From positions 1,536,001 through 1,600,000 of the forward strand of contig OZ253375.1 in NCBI GenBank assembly GCA_965261005.1: DNA of 64,000 nt. Direction: 5' to 3'. The translations under genes were made by a program, and so were the position numbers. The stretch comes from Deinococcus sp. GTDB taxonomy: Bacteria; Deinococcota; Deinococci; Deinococcales; Deinococcaceae. Positions 34,446 through 46,927 of the stretch are shown one piece after another. The notes under the pieces are model-generated. The model did no database searches and was not told the origin of the DNA. It saw only the letters and a list, made by a program, of their open reading frames with translations. Every line of letters begins with the position of its first letter. Position 1 is the stretch's first letter.

Positions 34446-34679
34446 GGAGTGTCACCTTTCAACCAAAAACCCGGCCCACCCATCAAAAGGAACCCGGGCA
34501 GCCCAGTCCAGCCCACTGTGAGGGACGGGGTTGAGATTGGCATGAGCCGCCGCCATCTCTGTCCCTTCGGCGGTGACACCACCAAAGGGGAAGCGGCGTC
34601 CACGGCGCGGTAAACTGTGGAAACACCGGAGCCTTTCATTCCCGTCCATAACATCCCCCCGTCCATAAGGAGCCAGAGC

Positions 34680-37454
<2,775 letters not shown>

Positions 37455-37465
37455 AAAGAATCAAC

Positions 37466-37495
37466 AGAGGGCGGGGCCGCGCGGCCCCGCCCTCT
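37466..37495. terminator. Perfect 30-bp palindrome between convergent genes
   Basis: AGAGGGCGGGGCCGCGCGGCCCCGCCCTCT. Confidence 0.75.
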
Positions 37496-37508
37496 TCACG
37501 CTAGGATT

Positions 37509-37766
37509 TCAGGCTTTTCTGCTGCCGAAGGTCTGGCGCAAATCCAGCGCGCAGAGCACCGTCACCATGCCGGCGAAGGGCGCGAGCAGCTGAAACAGCT
37601 GGGGCGAGGGAAAGCGGGCGAACAGGGCGCCGGCGGTCACCAGAAAGCAGGCCAGGGCCAGCAGCAGTTGGCCGCGCTTCTCGGGCCGCTTGACAAAGCC
37701 GTACAGGCCGGCGCCCATGGCAAACAGAATCGGTCCGACCAAGGTGTTAAACAGTTCCAGTTCCAT
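37509..37766 (-). CDS. Small membrane protein (3 TM)
   Basis: GGAGG SD; three hydrophobic segments. Confidence 0.7.
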   Translation of the reverse strand: MELELFNTLVGPILFAMGAGLYGFVKRPEKRGQLLLALACFLVTAGALFARFPSPQLFQLLAPFAGMVTVLCALDLRQTFGSRKA

Positions 37767-37865
37767 CTTCGCGCCTCCCAGCCTGCGTTGGGGTCACCCT
37801 AACGAGCTGATGTGAAGATACGCTGAAGGTTGTCACAGAACTCTTGCACAGAACGCTTGGGCGGT

Positions 37866-38948
37866 CTAAGCGCGAAACCTGTGCAGCTTTTCCGGGTCGA
37901 GGCTCACACTTTTCCACTCGTCGAGCCACAGCTCGCCGTCGTGTAGGGGCGGCACGAAGGCGAGCAGGTCGGCTTCCAGCTTAAGCGGAAAGCTGAGTTC
38001 GCAGGGATAATCCACGCCCGCTTGGCTGGCGATCAGGGCGGCGTGCAGTGTGCCCAGGCCGCTCGACGCCTGCGAGCCGACCATCACGCCCTTGCCAGCG
38101 GCGCGGGCACGGGCGAGCATGGCGAGGCTCTCGCTGAAGCCGCTCCTGGCCGTCTTGATGTTCAGGATATCGAAGGTGTCGAAGTCCAATTCACGCTCCA
38201 GGTCGGGCGGGGTGAAGCACGAGTCGTCGGCGACGATGGGCAGAGTGCCCCCGGCGCGCAACGCGGCGCGCTGGCGGATCAGGCGGACGGGCAGCGGCTC
38301 CTCGACGTACAGCAGGCCGGCGCCGCGCATGGCCGCGAGGGCGGCGGGGGCAAGTTCGGGCGTCAGCGTCTCGTTGCTGTCGGCGTAGAGGGCCACGCCG
38401 GCGCCGGCGAACTCGCGCTGAAGCCCCTCGATGACTTGCAAATCCCCCGCGTGGTCGCGCCCAACCTTCACTTTGAGGACGCGCACGCCCGCCGCCACGA
38501 CCCCGCGCGCCTCGGCCAGCATCTCGGCCGGCGGGGCGATGCCCAGGATGTAGGACACCCGGACGCGGCGATTCGGCCCGGCCAAGAGGTCGAACAGCGT
38601 ACCGCCCGCCACCTGCGCGCGGGCGTCCCACAAGGCCATGTCGAGGGCGCCCCGCGCCGTGTTGTTGGCCGGCACGCTGTTCAGGACGCGCGTGAGGGCC
38701 GCCGTGTCGGTCACGTCGAGGCCCTTCAGACGCGTCTCCAGGTAGGTGAGCAGGCCGCGCACGCTCGCCACGGTCTCGCCGTAGATGGTGGGACGCGGCG
38801 GGGCCTCGGCCTGGCCGGTGACGCCGCCCTCCAAGTGAACCCGCACCAAGACGTGTTCGGTGGCCTCCAGGTGGCCGTGCGCGCCCCAACTCAGGGCGCT
38901 TCGCAACGGCAGGCGGAAGGAAACGGCCTCTAGGGCACGAACCCTCAC
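37866..38948 (-). CDS. Enolase-superfamily (MLE subgroup) enzyme
   Basis: DMALWD, KVKVG, metal ligands DSNE/EEP/ADDS, NIK. Confidence 0.88.
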   Translation of the reverse strand: MRVRALEAVSFRLPLRSALSWGAHGHLEATEHVLVRVHLEGGVTGQAEAPPRPTIYGETVASVRGLLTYLETRLKGLDVTDTAALTRVLNSVPANNTARGALDMALWDARAQVAGGTLFDLLAGPNRRVRVSYILGIAPPAEMLAEARGVVAAGVRVLKVKVGRDHAGDLQVIEGLQREFAGAGVALYADSNETLTPELAPAALAAMRGAGLLYVEEPLPVRLIRQRAALRAGGTLPIVADDSCFTPPDLERELDFDTFDILNIKTARSGFSESLAMLARARAAGKGVMVGSQASSGLGTLHAALIASQAGVDYPCELSFPLKLEADLLAFVPPLHDGELWLDEWKSVSLDPEKLHRFRA

Positions 38949-38958
38949 AGCTGGGCCT

Positions 38959-39714
38959 TCACAGCCAAGCCCCAACTGAGCGCGCCACCTCGTCCGGGGA
39001 GAGCGCGGACGTGTCGAGCGTCAGGGCGCGTTCCGGGGAAAGCTTGCTCAGCGCGGCCAGGGTAGCCTCCGAATCGTACTCTCGCCGCTCCAAGGCCACG
39101 ATGCGGGTCTTGGCGAGAATGTCCTCTGGGGAGAACCCCTCCGCCGTGAGGGTGACCAACTCGGCCAGCTCAGGCTCAGAAAACAGGCCGCCGGTCTCTT
39201 CTCTTAAACGTTCCAGCACGTTTTCCCCAGCTTGTCCGGCGGCGGCGTCGAAGGCGTCGGCGCGCCTGAGCAGGCGGCGCACCCGCACGGGGTCCGGCGC
39301 GTGCAGCCCCACGAAGCGGGCGCGGGGGAAGTGTCGCGCGGCGAAGCGCACCTCCGCCTCGCCGCGCAGGCCGTCGAACAGCAGCGGGTCAGGCCAGCGG
39401 GCGTCCTCGGCCCACAGCGACGCCAGCGCCGCGGCCACGCCGCCGGGATGGCGGGCGCGGTAAGCGGCGGTGCGCCGGAAGCGCTCGGCGCGGCCCTGCA
39501 CAACCTCGCCGGCGAGAATCAGCGCGTCTACAATTTCGCGTCGGTTGGGCAGCGCGGCGAAGTTGAGGCCGCTTCCGGTCAGGGCGCCCAGGGCCGTGCT
39601 CTTGCCCACCCCGGTCAAGCCGACCAAGATCAGCAAGCCCCGCTCCATCAGCGGGCGCCAGCCGGGTTCGGGAACGCTGAGGGGGCGCAGGCCGGGCAAA
39701 GGGGGGAGCGTCAT
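38959..39714 (-). CDS. P-loop NTPase / kinase-like protein
   Basis: Walker [30 protein letters not shown] 7 nt before ATG. Confidence 0.75.
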   Translation of the reverse strand: MTLPPLPGLRPLSVPEPGWRPLMERGLLILVGLTGVGKSTALGALTGSGLNFAALPNRREIVDALILAGEVVQGRAERFRRTAAYRARHPGGVAAALASLWAEDARWPDPLLFDGLRGEAEVRFAARHFPRARFVGLHAPDPVRVRRLLRRADAFDAAAGQAGENVLERLREETGGLFSEPELAELVTLTAEGFSPEDILAKTRIVALERREYDSEATLAALSKLSPERALTLDTSALSPDEVARSVGAWL

Positions 39715-39814
39715 TTTCCAGAGTGTAGCGAGACGGTGGCCGGGGCGTTTCGCTGCGCTACTCTTTGCTATCGCAAGTGAGCTGGCCCGCTCCCGAGCTT
39801 CAGAAAGGATCATC

Positions 39815-41104
39815 ATGCGAAAAGGCAAGGACATCGTCGGCAAGAACGTGGTCGCCTTGGAGGGCGGCGAGCGGATTTCCAGCGTGCAGGACCTGATCTT
39901 CGACCACGAGGCCGACAAGCTGCTGGCCCTCCTGGTGGACGAGGGCGGTTGGTTTCGCACGGCCAAAATCGTGCCGATTCAGGCCGTGTCGAGCTTTGGC
40001 GAGGACGCCGTGGTGATCGGCAGCGCGGGCGACGTGGTGGACGCGACCAGCGTCCCGCGCGTGGCCGAGATTCTGCAACAGGACAAGTCCTTGGTCGGCA
40101 CGACACTGATGACGACCGACGGCAAAAATTTGGGCAAGCTGGCCGACTTGTACTTCGACGAGCAGAGTGGGCGCGTGCTGGGCTACGACGTGACCGGCGG
40201 CCTCTTCGCCGACGTGTCCTCGGGCCGCTCCTTTGTGCCGGCGCAGGGGGACATGACCATCGGCGACGACGTGGCCTTTGTGCCGCCCGAAACGGCCCTG
40301 GCGATGGAGGAACAGGAGCCGGGCGGTCTGCGCGGCGCGTGGCAGGCGGGCGGCCCCGGGCAGGGCGGCTCGGGACGCGATTTCGTCCTGGGCAAGACCG
40401 CGCAGCACGAGGTGATCGCGCCCGACGGCACGCTGGTCATTGCGGCGGGCGCCGTGGTGACCGAGGACGAGGCGGACCGCGCCCAGGCGCACGACGCCAT
40501 GAACGGGCTGATCGCCGGGGTAGGCGGTCGCCTGGACGACGCGGGCCAACTGCGCGGCGCGGACGACCCGCTGGAGAACACGCTGGGCAAGCGCGCCTAC
40601 CGCGAGGTGTACGGCCCGGCCGGCGTGCTGGTCGTGGCGCAGGGCCAAGTCGTGAGCGAGGACGTGATTCGGCGGGCGCAGCTGTCGGGAAGGACGCAGG
40701 AATTGATCGCGGCCACCTCGCAGACGGCGGCGGCCGGTCAAGCCGTCAGCGACGCCGGCGAACGTCTGCGCGCCGGGGCCAGCAGCTGGCTCGACAAGAC
40801 CCGCAGCTGGCTGAGCGACACGCGCGACAAGGCGGACGAGGCGGACGAGGAGAGGCGCGTGCAAGCCGCCATCGGACGGCCCACCAACCGGGTCATTCTC
40901 GATCCGCAGGACAACATCCTGCTGAATTTGGGCGAAATCATCACCCACAAGGCGGTGGACGCGGCCCGCCGCAGCGGCGTGCTGCCCATGCTGCTCGACT
41001 CGGCGTCCACCGAGACGCCCAAGATTGACCCGGAACACGTCAAGCCCGACGCCCACGGCTCGGCGGCCCTGCCCGAGGACCACTCCGGCACAAAACCGTC
41101 CTGA
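39815..41104 (+). CDS. PRC-barrel domain protein with C-terminal repeats
   Basis: Two PRC barrels (GKNVV..G..I..VQDLIFD; GTTLMTTDGKNLGKLADLYFD); three LGK/IGR-led ~40 aa repeats. Confidence 0.82.
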   Translation: MRKGKDIVGKNVVALEGGERISSVQDLIFDHEADKLLALLVDEGGWFRTAKIVPIQAVSSFGEDAVVIGSAGDVVDATSVPRVAEILQQDKSLVGTTLMTTDGKNLGKLADLYFDEQSGRVLGYDVTGGLFADVSSGRSFVPAQGDMTIGDDVAFVPPETALAMEEQEPGGLRGAWQAGGPGQGGSGRDFVLGKTAQHEVIAPDGTLVIAAGAVVTEDEADRAQAHDAMNGLIAGVGGRLDDAGQLRGADDPLENTLGKRAYREVYGPAGVLVVAQGQVVSEDVIRRAQLSGRTQELIAATSQTAAAGQAVSDAGERLRAGASSWLDKTRSWLSDTRDKADEADEERRVQAAIGRPTNRVILDPQDNILLNLGEIITHKAVDAARRSGVLPMLLDSASTETPKIDPEHVKPDAHGSAALPEDHSGTKPS

Positions 41105-41204
41105 GCTGGCCTTCCTGAGCCAGGCCGTCCCGAGATAAACCAACCCCTGGCGCCCTGCCTTATACTCCTGGCGTGGAGAGCGACCAGCACGCTGGGGAGG
41201 CGGC

Positions 41205-42797
41205 GTGACGCGGCTGACCAAACTCGAAATCCGGCAGCTCGCGACCATCGAGCAGTTGGACTTGGCGCTGGGGGACGGCTTCAACGTCTTCACGGGCGAG
41301 ACCGGCGCGGGCAAGAGCATTATCGTGGACGCGCTGGGGCTGCTGCTGGGAGGACGCGGCGGGAGCGACCTGGTGCGCGGCGGCGCTGAGAGCTTGCTGG
41401 TGAGCGGCTTTTGGGAAGAACAGGTGGCCTCGCGGCGGGTCGCGGCGGCGGGACGCAGCACCGCGCGGCTGGACGGCGAGGTGGTCAGCTTGCGCGAACT
41501 GGGCGACTGGACCGCGCGCAAACTGACCGTCCATTGGCAGCACTCGGCCCAGAGCTTGCTCTCGCCGGCCCATCAGCGCGCCATGCTGGACCGCGAGCAC
41601 GCGGCCGAGCTGACGGCTTACCAGGACGCCTACGCCGCGCTCCAGGCGACCCGGACGCGCCTGGAGCGCTTGCGCGGCGGCCAGCGCGAGCGCGCCCGCC
41701 AGCTCGATCTGCTGGCTTACCAGCTGGCCGAAATCGAGGTCGCCGCGCCCAAAGAAGGCGAGGAGGAGCCGCTGGAAAGCGAGTTGGCGCGGCTGTCCAA
41801 CCTGGAGGCCATCGCCTCGGGGGCGGCGGGGGCGCTGGAGCTGCTCTCGAACGGGGAAGTGAACGCGCAGGGGTTGCTCACCGAGGCCGTGCGCGCGCTT
41901 CAAGGGTCGGCGCGCTTCGACACCAACGTGGGCGCCTTGCTTGGCGAGCTGCGCGCCGCTCAGGAAGCTGTCGGCGCGGTGGCGCTGGAACTCGCCGCCG
42001 CCGCCGAGCAGAGCGCCCCCGACCCGCAGGAGATAGAGCGCATTGAAACCCGCCTTTTACAGCTCTCTAAGCTGCGCGCCAAGTACGGCCCCGGCCTCGC
42101 GGACGTGCTGAGGACCCAAGCTGAAATTACGGCCCAGCTGGAGGACTTAAGGCGCGACGAGCAGGACGCCGGCGGCCTGGAGGACGAGGTCGCGCGGCTG
42201 CTGGGCGAGGTGCGCGCGGTGGGGCGGCAGTTGGGCCAGGTTCGCGCGGGGACGGCGCCCAAGGTCGCCGGACAGCTTCAGAACGTCGTCCGGCAATTGG
42301 GAATGCCGCACGCCCAGCTGGAATTTGTGCTTGACCTGCTGGCCGAGCCGACCGCCCACGGCCTGGAAAACGTGGAGCTGCGTTTTGGCGCCAACCCCGG
42401 CGAGCCGCCCGGCCCCTTGGCAGACGTGGCCTCGGGCGGCGAGTTGTCGCGGGTGATGTTGGCCGTCAGCACGGTGCTGGGCGCCGACACGCCCAGCGTG
42501 GTCTTCGACGAGGTGGACGCCGGCGTGGGCGGCGCGGCGGCCAACGCGGTCGCGGTCCAACTGGCTCTCTTGGCCCGTGAGCGACAGGTGCTGGTCGTGA
42601 CCCACCTGGCCCAGATCGCCGCACGCGCCGATCACCACTTCAAGGTCGAAAAGCAGGTGGTGGGCGGGCGCACCGTCACGGCCGTGCGCGAGCTGGACCC
42701 GGCAGGGCGCGAGGCCGAGATCGCGCGCATGCTCAGCGGCTCGGACTCGGCGGCGGCGAGGGAGCACGCGCGGGAACTTTTGGGAAGCGGGAAATAA
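41205..42797 (+). CDS. recN: DNA repair protein RecN
   Basis: FTGETGAGKS, coiled coil, ASGGELSR, FDEVDAG, VTHLAQIA. Confidence 0.95.
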   Translation: MTRLTKLEIRQLATIEQLDLALGDGFNVFTGETGAGKSIIVDALGLLLGGRGGSDLVRGGAESLLVSGFWEEQVASRRVAAAGRSTARLDGEVVSLRELGDWTARKLTVHWQHSAQSLLSPAHQRAMLDREHAAELTAYQDAYAALQATRTRLERLRGGQRERARQLDLLAYQLAEIEVAAPKEGEEEPLESELARLSNLEAIASGAAGALELLSNGEVNAQGLLTEAVRALQGSARFDTNVGALLGELRAAQEAVGAVALELAAAAEQSAPDPQEIERIETRLLQLSKLRAKYGPGLADVLRTQAEITAQLEDLRRDEQDAGGLEDEVARLLGEVRAVGRQLGQVRAGTAPKVAGQLQNVVRQLGMPHAQLEFVLDLLAEPTAHGLENVELRFGANPGEPPGPLADVASGGELSRVMLAVSTVLGADTPSVVFDEVDAGVGGAAANAVAVQLALLARERQVLVVTHLAQIAARADHHFKVEKQVVGGRTVTAVRELDPAGREAEIARMLSGSDSAAAREHARELLGSGK

Positions 42798-42812
42798 GGA
42801 GCTTGCGACCCC

Positions 42813-44054
42813 TCAATTCCTGAAGATCACCGCCTCTCTCCTAAATGACCGCAGCGCCAGTCCCAGCAGCAGCAGCGTGAAGACCAGGTTGCTGAGGATG
42901 GCGACGCCCGCGCCGGCACCTGACAAGGCGCCCTTCACCACGTTGAGAATCACCAAAGCGCCCCCGACCAGCGGCACGGCGTAGAGCCAGAGACCCTTGC
43001 TGAGAAAGTCGGCAAATTGAAGGACGAACAGCGGCACGATCAGCAGGATGAAGACGGGCGTCAGATAGGTCTGGGCCTCGCGAAAGGAGCGCGCGTAGAT
43101 GGACACCGCCATCAAGAGCGCCGAGAGCAGCAGCGCCGAGCTGAGGGCGACCGCCAGCAGCACCACGAAGTCGAGGGCGCTCACCGACAAGGTGCCGCCA
43201 AAGGCGCCGGCGATGTCGCCCCCACCGCCCGGCAGCACCAAGCGCGCCAGCGGCGCGCTCAGGGCGAAGCCAAGAACACCGAAGACGGCGGTCGAGACCG
43301 CGAAGATGGTGGTCGCCAGCAGCTTGCCGGCCACGACCTCGCCCCGGCGCACCGGGGAGACCAGCAGCACTTCCAGCGTGCCGCGCTCCTTTTCGCCGGC
43401 GGTGGAGTCAATGGCTGGCGCCATCGCCCCCGACAGGATGAACTGGAGGAGGAAGTACGGGATGATAAAGGCGAGGGCGCCGCTGGCGCGCTCCTGGGCG
43501 TTGGAGGCGTCCACCGCCTGAAGGCGCACCGGGGTCAGAAAGCTGCGGTCGAAGTTGAGGGCGCGCAGCTTGGCGGCGACCAATTGGTCGTTGTACTCGC
43601 GCAGGGCGCTCCTCACCTTGTCGGCGGCGCCGGCCTGCACGCGCTGGTCGCCGGACTTGCTGTAGACCTTGACGGCCGCGCTTCCCCCGCCCGCCTGGGG
43701 AGGCAGATTCGGCGGCACCGAGAGGGCCACGTCCACCGTGCCGCCTTGCACGGCCGCGAGCGGGTCTTGCACCGGCTTCAAGTCCACGCCGGCGGTCACG
43801 ATCTTGCCGGCTCGGTCTCGCACGTCCTGGGTGAGCAGCTGACGCAACCCGCTTGGCAAGGTGCCCACCACGCCCACGCTCTGCCGGGCGACTTGCTGGC
43901 CGCCAAAGGCGCGCGACAGCAGCAGCGGCAGGGCGAGGGTAAAGAGCGGAATAAAGACCAGCGGCAGGATAATGGTGGAGCGCAGGGTCCGGCGGTCGCG
44001 CCACGTCGAGAGCAGTTCCTTGTAAGCCACCTTCCACACGAAGTTGGGCCGCAT
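42813..44054 (-). CDS. NatB-like ABC-2 exporter permease
   Basis: [37 protein letters not shown]. Confidence 0.88.
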   Translation of the reverse strand: MRPNFVWKVAYKELLSTWRDRRTLRSTIILPLVFIPLFTLALPLLLSRAFGGQQVARQSVGVVGTLPSGLRQLLTQDVRDRAGKIVTAGVDLKPVQDPLAAVQGGTVDVALSVPPNLPPQAGGGSAAVKVYSKSGDQRVQAGAADKVRSALREYNDQLVAAKLRALNFDRSFLTPVRLQAVDASNAQERASGALAFIIPYFLLQFILSGAMAPAIDSTAGEKERGTLEVLLVSPVRRGEVVAGKLLATTIFAVSTAVFGVLGFALSAPLARLVLPGGGGDIAGAFGGTLSVSALDFVVLLAVALSSALLLSALLMAVSIYARSFREAQTYLTPVFILLIVPLFVLQFADFLSKGLWLYAVPLVGGALVILNVVKGALSGAGAGVAILSNLVFTLLLLGLALRSFRREAVIFRN

Positions 44055-44812
44055 CAGGCCAGCACCCCTTTTTGTTCCTGGGCTTTTTCTTGGGCGCGCG
44101 TTTGTAACAGCTGGAAAAAGGCGCGCTCCAGATTGCGCTCGCCGGTTCTCGCCAGCACGCCGGCCACCGTGTCCACCGTCAGCAGCTCGCCGCCGTCCAC
44201 GATGGCGACCCGGTCGCAGACCTCCTCCACCTCGGCCATCACGTGGGTCGAGTACACCACCAGCTTGCCCGGCTGGCGGTAGGACAGCACGAAGTCGAGC
44301 AGCTGCCGCCGCGCCAGCACGTCCAGGCCGCTGGCCGCCTCGTCGAGCATCAGCACTTGCGGGTCGTGCAGCACCGCCCGCGCGACCACGATCTTCTGCT
44401 TCATGCCGGTCGAGTACTCGCCGGTGCGGCGATCCAAGGTGACGGAGAGATCGAGCAGCGCGTCCAACTCGGCAATACGCCTTTCCGTTTGGGCGGGCGA
44501 CATATTGTAAAAGCCGGCGAAGTAGCGCAGAATCTCGCGGCCGGTCAGGCGGTCGTACAGCCCCATGCCGCCGTTCACCACGCCGATGGCGCGCCGCACC
44601 GCCTCGGGCTGCCTCTCGATGTCGAAGCCGGCCACCCGCGCCCCGCCTAAACTCGGAGAAAGCAGCGTCGCCAGGACGCGCAGCAAGGTCGTCTTGCCCG
44701 CCCCGTTGGGGCCGAGCAGCCCGAAGACTTCTCCCTCGCGTGCCGTGAAGCTGACGTCACGCAGGGCCTCCACCTTGCCGTACCGTTTGCCCAGATGCTC
44801 GACTTCTAACAT
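44054..44812 (-). CDS. NatA-like ABC ATPase
   Basis: [22 protein letters not shown]. Confidence 0.9.
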   Translation of the reverse strand: MLEVEHLGKRYGKVEALRDVSFTAREGEVFGLLGPNGAGKTTLLRVLATLLSPSLGGARVAGFDIERQPEAVRRAIGVVNGGMGLYDRLTGREILRYFAGFYNMSPAQTERRIAELDALLDLSVTLDRRTGEYSTGMKQKIVVARAVLHDPQVLMLDEAASGLDVLARRQLLDFVLSYRQPGKLVVYSTHVMAEVEEVCDRVAIVDGGELLTVDTVAGVLARTGERNLERAFFQLLQTRAQEKAQEQKGVLA

Positions 44813-44830
44813 GTGCCCCTCCTGCCCCCT

Positions 44831-45067
44831 CTACGCGCCGCGCCGCGCCGGGGTTGCCGACTGCCCGCGCGGGGTGAAGTCGTCGAGAAAGATGGCCTCG
44901 ATGGGCTGGCCGAACAGGCGCGCGATTCTAAAGGCGAGCGGCAAGCTGGGGTCGTACTTGCCGGTCTCCAGCGCATTCACAGTCTGGCGCGACACGTCGA
45001 GCCGCTCGGCGAGGTCGGCTTGGGTCAGGCCGTGTTCGGCGCGCAGGACGCGGATGCGGTTGTTCAT
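44831..45067 (-). CDS. XRE/HTH_3 transcriptional regulator
   Basis: LTQADLAERLDVSRQTVNALETGKYDPSLPLAF. Confidence 0.93.
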   Translation of the reverse strand: MNNRIRVLRAEHGLTQADLAERLDVSRQTVNALETGKYDPSLPLAFRIARLFGQPIEAIFLDDFTPRGQSATPARRGA

Positions 45068-45483
45068 TCCGCACGTCCGCCCCTCTTGTCCGCCACGGCC
45101 ATGGTCACCGTCACCACGCCGAACACCGCCCAACCCGCGAGCCAGTAGGCGAAGCCGGGCAGCGCCGGCCACTTCAGCGCCTGCTGAAGGGGATAGGACG
45201 TGCCGGCCAGCAGCATCACGGCCACAAAGGCGACGGCCGAGGCCAATTGCGTGCGGCGCTGGCCGAGTTCGTCCATCTGGCGGTAGCCGCGCCACACCAT
45301 CAGGACGATGGCCCACGGCAAGACGGTGATAAGGCCGGTGCTCACGCCGCCCAGCAAGCTCGTCCCGTCACCCCCATTCACGCGCCCCGCCAGCAGGCCC
45401 ACCGTCAAGCCCAGCGCCGAAATCAACACCACGCCGATCACGCCGCCCACCATCGCCCTGCTCACCCTGTGCTCCCGAGTCAT
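45064..45483 (-). CDS. Membrane protein (4 TM) co-transcribed with the XRE regulator
   Basis: AAGGAGG SD; hydrophobic helices with YRQMDEL loop. Confidence 0.75.
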   Translation of the reverse strand: MTREHRVSRAMVGGVIGVVLISALGLTVGLLAGRVNGGDGTSLLGGVSTGLITVLPWAIVLMVWRGYRQMDELGQRRTQLASAVAFVAVMLLAGTSYPLQQALKWPALPGFAYWLAGWAVFGVVTVTMAVADKRGGRAE

Positions 45484-45496
45484 GCACATCCTCCTT

Positions 45497-45554
45497 GTCA
45501 AGTAAACTCGACTTAGGGTAAAGCGAGCTGTTCTAAAAGTCAAGTTAGGTTGAC
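45497..45554 (-). promoter_or_regulatory. Sigma70 promoter with overlapping palindromic operators
   Basis: TTGACT-17-TACCCT (45543..45515); palindromes GTCAAGTAAACTCGAC (45497) and GTCAAGTTAGGTTGAC (45539). Confidence 0.7.
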
Positions 45555-45598
45555 AAGGCGGAGCGATAAAAATCCTGGCAGCGACCGGGGAACACACG

Positions 45599-46276
45599 TT
45601 ACAGCTGGTGCGAAAAGGTCGGCACCGGTGGAGCGGGTTCGTCTTCGTCTGTTTCGGACGTTCCCAGTTCACGTGGCGCCGGCCCCTCGCCCGCGAGTTC
45701 GGCCTCGTGGTGGCGGGCCAGCTCGCCGAAGCCTTGCAGCAGGGCGCGGTACTGAGCCAGGAACTGGGCGCGCTCGGCGCGCAAACGGGAGAGGCTGTTC
45801 TCCAGCTCGGTGCGGCGGGCCATCGCCTCGGATTCTATGGCGCTGGCGCGGGTTTGGTGCCGCTGCTCCAGCTCGGCCTGGCGGGCGCGGTAGGTCGCCT
45901 CCAGCTGCTCGTGGCGCAACTTGTACTGCTGCTCCAGCTCGCCGCCCGCGCTGCGCGCCTCGGCGTGGACGCGGTCGCGCTCGACTTCCGCCCCCCGCAG
46001 CATCAGCTCCGCCTCCTTTTGGGCGCCGGCGCGCATCTCGGCGCCGATGCGCTCGGCGGCGACCAGGGTGCGCCTCAATTCGTCCTCGGCGGCGCGGTAT
46101 TGCTCGATGCGCCGCTCGCTCTCCCCCAGCCTTTCTTGCAAGGTCTGCTGGTCGCGCAGCAGCTGCTCGAATTGGTCGGAAAGCCCGGCCAGGTAAGCGC
46201 GCACGGCGGCGCGGTGGTAACCCCTGACGCCGGCAGCGAACTCTTGGTGGCGGATGTCCAGCGGTGTGATGTTCAT
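45599..46276 (-). CDS. divIVA: DivIVA domain protein
   Basis: ITPLDIRHQEF...RGY...V..YL followed by coiled coil. Confidence 0.88.
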   Translation of the reverse strand: MNITPLDIRHQEFAAGVRGYHRAAVRAYLAGLSDQFEQLLRDQQTLQERLGESERRIEQYRAAEDELRRTLVAAERIGAEMRAGAQKEAELMLRGAEVERDRVHAEARSAGGELEQQYKLRHEQLEATYRARQAELEQRHQTRASAIESEAMARRTELENSLSRLRAERAQFLAQYRALLQGFGELARHHEAELAGEGPAPRELGTSETDEDEPAPPVPTFSHQL

Positions 46277-46914
46277 GAAAAGATCGCCCTCCCCACCCGC
46301 ACCAAGGTGGCGCCGCACGCCACGGCCACGGGGTAGTCGTCGCTCATGCCCATGCTCAGCTCGGGCAGGCCCAGGTCCCCGGCGAGGGCGGCCACCTGCC
46401 GGAACACCCGTTCGGCGGCCTCCAGGTCCCCCTCCGGCGCCATCACCATCAGACCGCGCACCGTGAGGCCCATCCCCGACACCGCATGGTACAACGCCCC
46501 CACTTCTCCCGGCGGGCAGCCGTGCTTTTGCGCCTCGCCGTTGTGGACTTGCAGCAAGGTGGCGGGCGCCCCGCCCCACTCGCCGGCGAGGCGGGCCAAC
46601 TCGCGGGCGTGCTCCGGGCGGAACAGCGAGTGGACCAGCGCCACGCCGCGCAGGTACTTGAGCTTGTTGGTCTGAAGGGTGCCCAGGAAGTGCCACTCCT
46701 GCGCGCCCACACGCTCCTCCAATTCGCGCCGCTTGTCGCGCAGCTCCTGCCCCCGGCTCTCACCCAGGGGAAAGCGGCCGTGGGCGAGGACCGCCGCCTC
46801 GACTTCGGTTGCCGAGTGGCCTTTGGTCACGGCGATCAGGCGCGCGCTGCCGGGGGGCCGGCCGGCGTCCGACTCGGCCGCGCGCAGGTTACCTAACACC
46901 TCTGACAAGCTCAT
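46273..46914 (-). CDS. yggS: YggS/PLP homeostasis protein
   Basis: LIAVTK, WHFLGTLQTNK, LSMGMSDDY, GATLVRVG. Confidence 0.92.
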   Translation of the reverse strand: MSLSEVLGNLRAAESDAGRPPGSARLIAVTKGHSATEVEAAVLAHGRFPLGESRGQELRDKRRELEERVGAQEWHFLGTLQTNKLKYLRGVALVHSLFRPEHARELARLAGEWGGAPATLLQVHNGEAQKHGCPPGEVGALYHAVSGMGLTVRGLMVMAPEGDLEAAERVFRQVAALAGDLGLPELSMGMSDDYPVAVACGATLVRVGRAIFS

Positions 46915-46927
46915 GCCGACGCCCTCA

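Noticed and set aside
37811..37837. CRP-type site TGTGA...TCACA
   Set aside because: Spacer is 17 bp rather than 6
37866..38948. menC (o-succinylbenzoate synthase) assignment
   Set aside because: No other men genes nearby, and the futalosine pathway is present
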